From contig JASLMH010000003.1 in assembly GCA_030746635.1 (NCBI GenBank), positions 1 to 63,659 on the forward strand: a stretch of 63,659 bases of DNA. Reading direction: 5' to 3'. Below are positions 59,300 through 63,659 of the stretch, piece after piece. A program made the position numbers and the translations under genes. The first letter of the stretch is position 1; each line of letters begins with the position of its first letter. The notes under the pieces are model-generated. The model did no database searches. It was not told where the DNA came from and saw only the letters and a program-made list of their open reading frames with translations. This DNA comes from Alphaproteobacteria bacterium. GTDB taxonomy: Bacteria > Pseudomonadota > Alphaproteobacteria > GCA-2731375.

Positions 59300-61132
59300 C
59301 TAATCCACGATGTGATAGACGGGGGCCTTTTCCAGTTCATATTCGCCGGACTCGGGGTCACGACGGGACACCGTCAAGACATGCCAGTCCTTGTCATCCA
59401 GCTTCATGTGGTCGCCCCGGTAGTAGTAACCGGGCCACCGGGTTTCCTTGCGGAACAGCGTGTGCTGTGTGACGCACTCCGAGGCGATCGCACGGTGTTT
59501 CAGCTCCCAGGCGCGCTGCAACTGGTGCAGGTCCTCTGCGCCGATGTGCTCCAGGTCTTCGTGCAGGGTTTTCAACAGTTCCAGACCGCGCAGCAACATT
59601 TTCTCGTTGGTCATGTAGTTGACGCTGATGCCGCCGACGTACTCGTCCATCAGCTTCTCGAGCCGCTGCAGGCCGTGAATCGGCAGAATATAGCTCGGCG
59701 ACACCGTGCCCCCGACGATCTCGTTGCGGCCGACTTCATAGTTCTCCAACGGCTTGTAGACGTCTTCCTTGAGGTCCCCGAGCTGCTTTTCGGAAACCCC
59801 GACCTTGTCGTTCTGGTGGTCGCGGACGAACTTGACCGCGGCCTTGGCGGCAATGCGGCCCTCGGTGAACGAGCCCGAGGAGAACGCATGCGCGGTCCCG
59901 CCCAAGGCATCGCCGGCCCCGAACAGTCCGTCGACCGTCATCATCCGGTTGTAGCCCCAGAAGTATTCGTCCGGTGAAATGTCTTCCGGACCACTGGCCC
60001 AGGCACCGGAGCAGGTGGCATGGGAGCCCATGACATAGGGCTCGGACGTGGTCAGTTCGGGATTGGTGTACTTCGGATCGATGTCCTGAGAAGCCCAGAC
60101 CACCGCCTGGCCAACGGTCATACCGAGGAAGTTCTCCCAACCCACCATCTCCTTGTGCGGATCCTGGAACGCTTCCGTGGTCACCATGTGGATCGGGCCG
60201 CGGCCGGCCTTCATCTCTTCGATGAAGGCGTGATTGCGCAGGCAGGTCGGCACCGGGTGATGGTCGATGTATTCCCCGACCAGCTCCTTGGTGTGCTCAT
60301 ACCACTTCTGCTCGTACTCCTCGCCGTAGGCATTCTGGGTGTAGGTCTTCAGGTGCAGGAAATATGCGCCCACGGGACCGTAACCATCCTTGAAGCGGCA
60401 CAGCACGATGCGGTTTTCCATCTGCGTCATCTTGGCGCCGGCCATGATCGGCAGGGCGTAGGCCGAGGCGCTGCTCCACGGCGCGTACCAGGTGCGGCCC
60501 ATGCCTTCACCCACGGAACGGGGCTTGAAGATGTGCGAGGCACCGCCGGCACCGACGATCACCGCCTTCGCCCGGAACACGTGGAAGTCACCGGTCCGGA
60601 CGTTGAAGCCGACGGCGCCGCCGATCCGGTTCGGCTGGTTTTCGTCCATCAGCAGGTGGGTCACCATGATCCGATTGTAGATCTTGTCGGCGGATTTGCG
60701 CGCGGCCTCGGCGACGATCGGCTTGTAGCTTTCGCCGTGGATCATGATCTGCCACTTGCCCTCGCGCTGGTAACGTCCGGTTTCCGGATCGCGCATGAAG
60801 GGCAGGCCCCATTCCTCGAACTTGTGGACCGAGCTGTCCACGTGGCGGGCCATGTCAAAGGCGAGATCCTCGCGCACCAGGCCCATCAGGTCGTTGCGGG
60901 CGTAACGCACGTGGTCCTCGGGCGTGTTCTCGTCCCACTGCATGCCCATGTAGCAGTTGATGGCGTACAGGCCCTGAGCGACGGCGCCGCTGCGATCGAT
61001 GTTGGCTTTCTCGGCGATGACGATCTTCAGATCGCGGCCCCAGTACCGGGCTTCGTAAGCGGCTCCCGTGCCGCCCATGCCGCCGCCGACGACGAGGATA
61101 TCGCAATCTTCGTATACGGTTTTACGGGCCAT
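59300..61132 (-). CDS. aprA: Adenylylsulfate reductase alpha subunit
   Basis: RSGAVAQGLYAINCY, WQIMIHGESYKPI, GRTWYAPW, RFKDGYGPVGA, AFSSGSFTEGR, ETRWPGYY. Confidence 0.97.
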   Translation of the reverse strand: MARKTVYEDCDILVVGGGMGGTGAAYEARYWGRDLKIVIAEKANIDRSGAVAQGLYAINCYMGMQWDENTPEDHVRYARNDLMGLVREDLAFDMARHVDSSVHKFEEWGLPFMRDPETGRYQREGKWQIMIHGESYKPIVAEAARKSADKIYNRIMVTHLLMDENQPNRIGGAVGFNVRTGDFHVFRAKAVIVGAGGASHIFKPRSVGEGMGRTWYAPWSSASAYALPIMAGAKMTQMENRIVLCRFKDGYGPVGAYFLHLKTYTQNAYGEEYEQKWYEHTKELVGEYIDHHPVPTCLRNHAFIEEMKAGRGPIHMVTTEAFQDPHKEMVGWENFLGMTVGQAVVWASQDIDPKYTNPELTTSEPYVMGSHATCSGAWASGPEDISPDEYFWGYNRMMTVDGLFGAGDALGGTAHAFSSGSFTEGRIAAKAAVKFVRDHQNDKVGVSEKQLGDLKEDVYKPLENYEVGRNEIVGGTVSPSYILPIHGLQRLEKLMDEYVGGISVNYMTNEKMLLRGLELLKTLHEDLEHIGAEDLHQLQRAWELKHRAIASECVTQHTLFRKETRWPGYYYRGDHMKLDDKDWHVLTVSRRDPESGEYELEKAPVYHIVD

Positions 61133-61602
61133 CAGTAATACACACCCTGCTTGAATTTGCTTTTGTCTATGACCGGCAATCCGGTCTCGATGTTGAGCGC
61201 TTCCGGCTCGGAGCACAGAAGCTGGTTGTTCAGCGCCTCTTCATCGGGAACCTCGAGATCGGCAAGCCGCGGAATAGCCTCGCCCCACGGCTTGGTGGTG
61301 ATCGGCGACACGAAATCCTTCGTGCGGCCGTCGCGGAACTTGATCCGCCAGGAGATGGTGCCCTTTTCCTCCTCGCGCAGCACGCGAACGCTGTGGCCAA
61401 GCGGCGCGAAGTCCGCATACCCGCGACAGTCGATGGCGTTTTGCGGACAGGCCTTTATGCAGGAGTAGCACTCCCAGCACATGTTGGGTTCGATGTTGAG
61501 GGCTCGCCGGTAGGTCTTGTCGATGTGCATGATATCCGATGGGCAGATATCGACGCAGTGCCCGCAGCCATCGCATCGGGTCATGTAGACGAAAGTAGGC
61601 AA
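61132..61602 (-). CDS. aprB: Adenylylsulfate reductase beta subunit (2x[4Fe-4S])
   Basis: PTFVYMTRCDGCGHCVDICPSD, CWECYSCIKACP, RGYADFAP; TTG start. Confidence 0.96.
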   Translation of the reverse strand: MPTFVYMTRCDGCGHCVDICPSDIMHIDKTYRRALNIEPNMCWECYSCIKACPQNAIDCRGYADFAPLGHSVRVLREEEKGTISWRIKFRDGRTKDFVSPITTKPWGEAIPRLADLEVPDEEALNNQLLCSEPEALNIETGLPVIDKSKFKQGVYY

Positions 61603-61646
61603 GATACGTTTCCTCTTCTAATCAGAAGATCGTTGCGGGTCGAGTC

Positions 61647-62441
61647 CTAGTAGTGCCGCGGCAGTTCGCGCTTGATACCAAGTCCGAACTGCGCGGGCTC
61701 GTCGGTCGGCATCGGAAGGTTGTCCCTTGAGCCGTCCGCCATGATCACTCGCTTTTGGAAAGCCGCCGCCGGCTTGAAGAACATGTGCGCGAATTTCGAC
61801 CACATGACGCCGCCGAACAGGACGGTGCTGGCGATGATGAACAGGCCCAGGAAAACGCCCGTCCAAAATCCATAGCCCTGCGTCTGCAGAAACGCCCAGA
61901 TCAGTCCGAAGGTCGTCGTGCCGAGCAGCGACAAAATGAACAGGTCCGCGCGTACCAGTCGGTACCAGGGGTTGCCCTCGGCGGCGACGTCGACGCGAAT
62001 GAAGAACCAGAACCAGTACCCCCCGAAGCAAACCATCAACGCGCCGAGGTGCCAGAGTTGCGCCAGGATGGCCGGGGCGGGGCTCGCATGGGTCGGATAG
62101 CCGAATACCAGGGCGATGGTCGTCACGAGGAACAGGACAAACCCATACATCGTGAAGAGATGTGAGATTCTGCGCCGCGGATTGCAGAACTCGGCGGAGG
62201 TCAACACGTCCTCCGCGACGGTCCTAACGGCGATCCCGGTCATCTCGCCGGCGCCGAGCTCACGCTCCCGCGTGGCCTTGGCTTTCTTGGCATTCTCGAA
62301 GAAGTATTTGGCGCTTTTCTTGTGGATCATGTCCAGCACCGTGCCGCCAACGACGAGGACGAACATCAAGACGACGTAGGCCTGCGTGGCTGTGGGCGGT
62401 ATGAGCGTCGCCAACTCGGCGAACGGATTGCTGGCGAACAT
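61647..62441 (-). CDS. aprM: APS reductase membrane anchor AprM
   Basis: About five TM segments; DMIHKKSAKYFF, SAEFCNPRRRISHL, WSKFAHMFFKP; directly upstream of aprB. Confidence 0.88.
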   Translation of the reverse strand: MFASNPFAELATLIPPTATQAYVVLMFVLVVGGTVLDMIHKKSAKYFFENAKKAKATRERELGAGEMTGIAVRTVAEDVLTSAEFCNPRRRISHLFTMYGFVLFLVTTIALVFGYPTHASPAPAILAQLWHLGALMVCFGGYWFWFFIRVDVAAEGNPWYRLVRADLFILSLLGTTTFGLIWAFLQTQGYGFWTGVFLGLFIIASTVLFGGVMWSKFAHMFFKPAAAFQKRVIMADGSRDNLPMPTDEPAQFGLGIKRELPRHY

Positions 62442-62968
62442 CCTTATCCTCCCGTGATGCCAAAAGATCGTCCGATGATGCGTGTCCGATGAAGACACTT
62501 TCGATAAATAGAATATATGCGAATTATCGTAGTGCAACCAATTTGATCAATCGTTTCTCAAAACGAAGGTGCGAGAGGGGGGCACGAGGTCCCCAATGCC
62601 CCTATCGATGACCTCCCTCCCGTAGATCGGGGCATTGCGGATGCGAGTTTTCCTGGACAGGCCTTGTCAGGGCCCGACCGCGGGCCCTGGCCGAGCGGCG
62701 GCGGCAACGCCGACCGATCGTTGGCGACGGACCGCCAACGACCGCCTTCGAACCAGGCGGCCGCATTTCGTCGCCGGCGGCGGCAGCGTCCAGATTGGAT
62801 AGCGCACTTCCGGGGGTGCCTCGCTCGAACTCGGCCGCATCATCGCCAGGCGCCTGGCGATCAGGGTCGAGCAAGGCAATAACCGGGTGCGGCACATGTC
62901 TCATGGTGGCAATGTGTCGAAAGGTTCCGGTCTTGCCGGACTATTTGCAAGCGGCATAGGAGGGTCGA

Positions 62969-63229
62969 ATGCCCGACCTTGATCCAAAGGTTGTCGTCGA
63001 TGCGGTCGATGAGCTGATGGATGGAGTTATGCTCTTCGACGCGGCCGACAAGTTGGTCTTTTGCAACCGGCGACAAAAAGAGCTGTACCCGCAACTTGCC
63101 GATCTGCTTGTCACGGGCACCTCCTTTGAAACGCTGGTTCGGTCGAACGTAGGACAGGGTCAGGTTGACACCGCCATCGGCCGGGAAGAGGAATGGATCG
63201 CCGCGCGCCTATTGCCTACGATCCCGTGA
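62969..63229 (+). pseudogene. Truncated PAS-domain sensor N-terminus
   Basis: DAVDELMDGVMLFDAADKLVFCNRR...GTSFETLVR...EEWIAARL, then an abrupt end; GGAGG RBS. Confidence 0.65.
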
Positions 63230-63525
63230 GCAATACATACCTGGTTGTGCGGAATTCTCCCGATGAGCTGTTGGAGTTCGCGGCCGACGGCACCTTTATC
63301 TCGCAATTGGTGGCGCCTCAACTGGTTCCTGGGGAAAACGCCCTGGGGATGGCGTACGACCCCCTCACCGGCACCCTTTATGTCGGCTCCCAGAACGGCA
63401 ATATCGGTATCTGGCGTGATGAAAGCAGGATCGCCGGCGCCGTCCCGGAACCAGCGACCCTGGCCATATTTGGCATCGGTCTGCTGGGACTGCGCATGAC
63501 GCGGCGTAAGGTCACAAGGTCTTAG
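63211..63525 (+). pseudogene. C-terminal fragment of a beta-propeller-like PEP-CTERM protein
   Basis: IAYDPVSNTYLV / MAYDPLTGTLYV repeats; VPEPATLAIFGIGLLGLRMTRRK; no signal peptide. Confidence 0.7.
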
Positions 63526-63552
63526 GACTTCCCCTAGTTCCGGCTGATTGAA

Positions 63553-63581
63553 GCGGCGGTCCTGCGGGGCCGCCGTATTTT
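63553..63581 (+). terminator. Intrinsic terminator
   Basis: GCGGCGGTCC-TGCG-GGGCCGCCGT followed by ATTTT. Confidence 0.6.
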
Positions 63582-63659
63582 AGTTGAGAAATAACCATTT
63601 CGGGTCATTCAGTAGCTTCAGGCGAGCCGGCCCGGGGTGGCAGCTATCGGAGGTGCTGC

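Noticed and set aside
56304-62441. Dissimilatory sulfate reduction
   Set aside because: The membrane partner is AprM rather than QmoABC, and no dsr genes are in the window.
62543-62561. FNR box upstream of aprM
   Set aside because: TTGATCAATC does not have the TTGAT-N4-ATCAA spacing.
62602-62904. Short ORFs between aprM and the PAS fragment
   Set aside because: No RBS, recognisable motif or consistent coding signal.
1-63659. tRNA, rRNA, IS element, integrase or prophage genes
   Set aside because: None recognised by eye; small RNAs cannot be excluded without covariance-model searches.

Overview
GC-rich, densely coding chromosomal window, most likely from an Alphaproteobacterium of Rhodospirillales-like character (inferred from the phasin-clpS-clpA block, DUF1489, the VWA/DnaJ pair and galU-ugd-pgm). 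Positions 1-52.6 kb are mostly core or catabolic: a frameshifted PrsT-like TPR gene, two divergent CoA-transferase/acyl-CoA dehydrogenase/MaoC modules, HU, a ThDP enzyme-aminotransferase IV-sulfotransferase-like operon, ada, fhs, two PEP-CTERM genes, pspF/pspABC with a readable sigma54 promoter, leucine dehydrogenase, a GS-like enzyme, nucleotide-sugar genes, psuG, a D,D-carboxypeptidase, phasin and clpSA. After clpA (52.6-63.6 kb) lies an accessory-looking mosaic. It holds (i) serA divergent from a 5'-truncated AlgI/DltB-type MBOAT, a class II aaRS-like amino acid:[carrier protein] ligase and an acyl carrier protein, which is the best candidate for an undescribed Dlt-like envelope aminoacylation system; (ii) aprM-aprB-aprA-TPR-sat for sulfite oxidation via APS; and (iii) a PAS/PEP-CTERM chimeric remnant. 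No rRNA, tRNA, CRISPR array, transposase or integrase was recognised. All product calls come from motif recognition by eye; no database searches were run.
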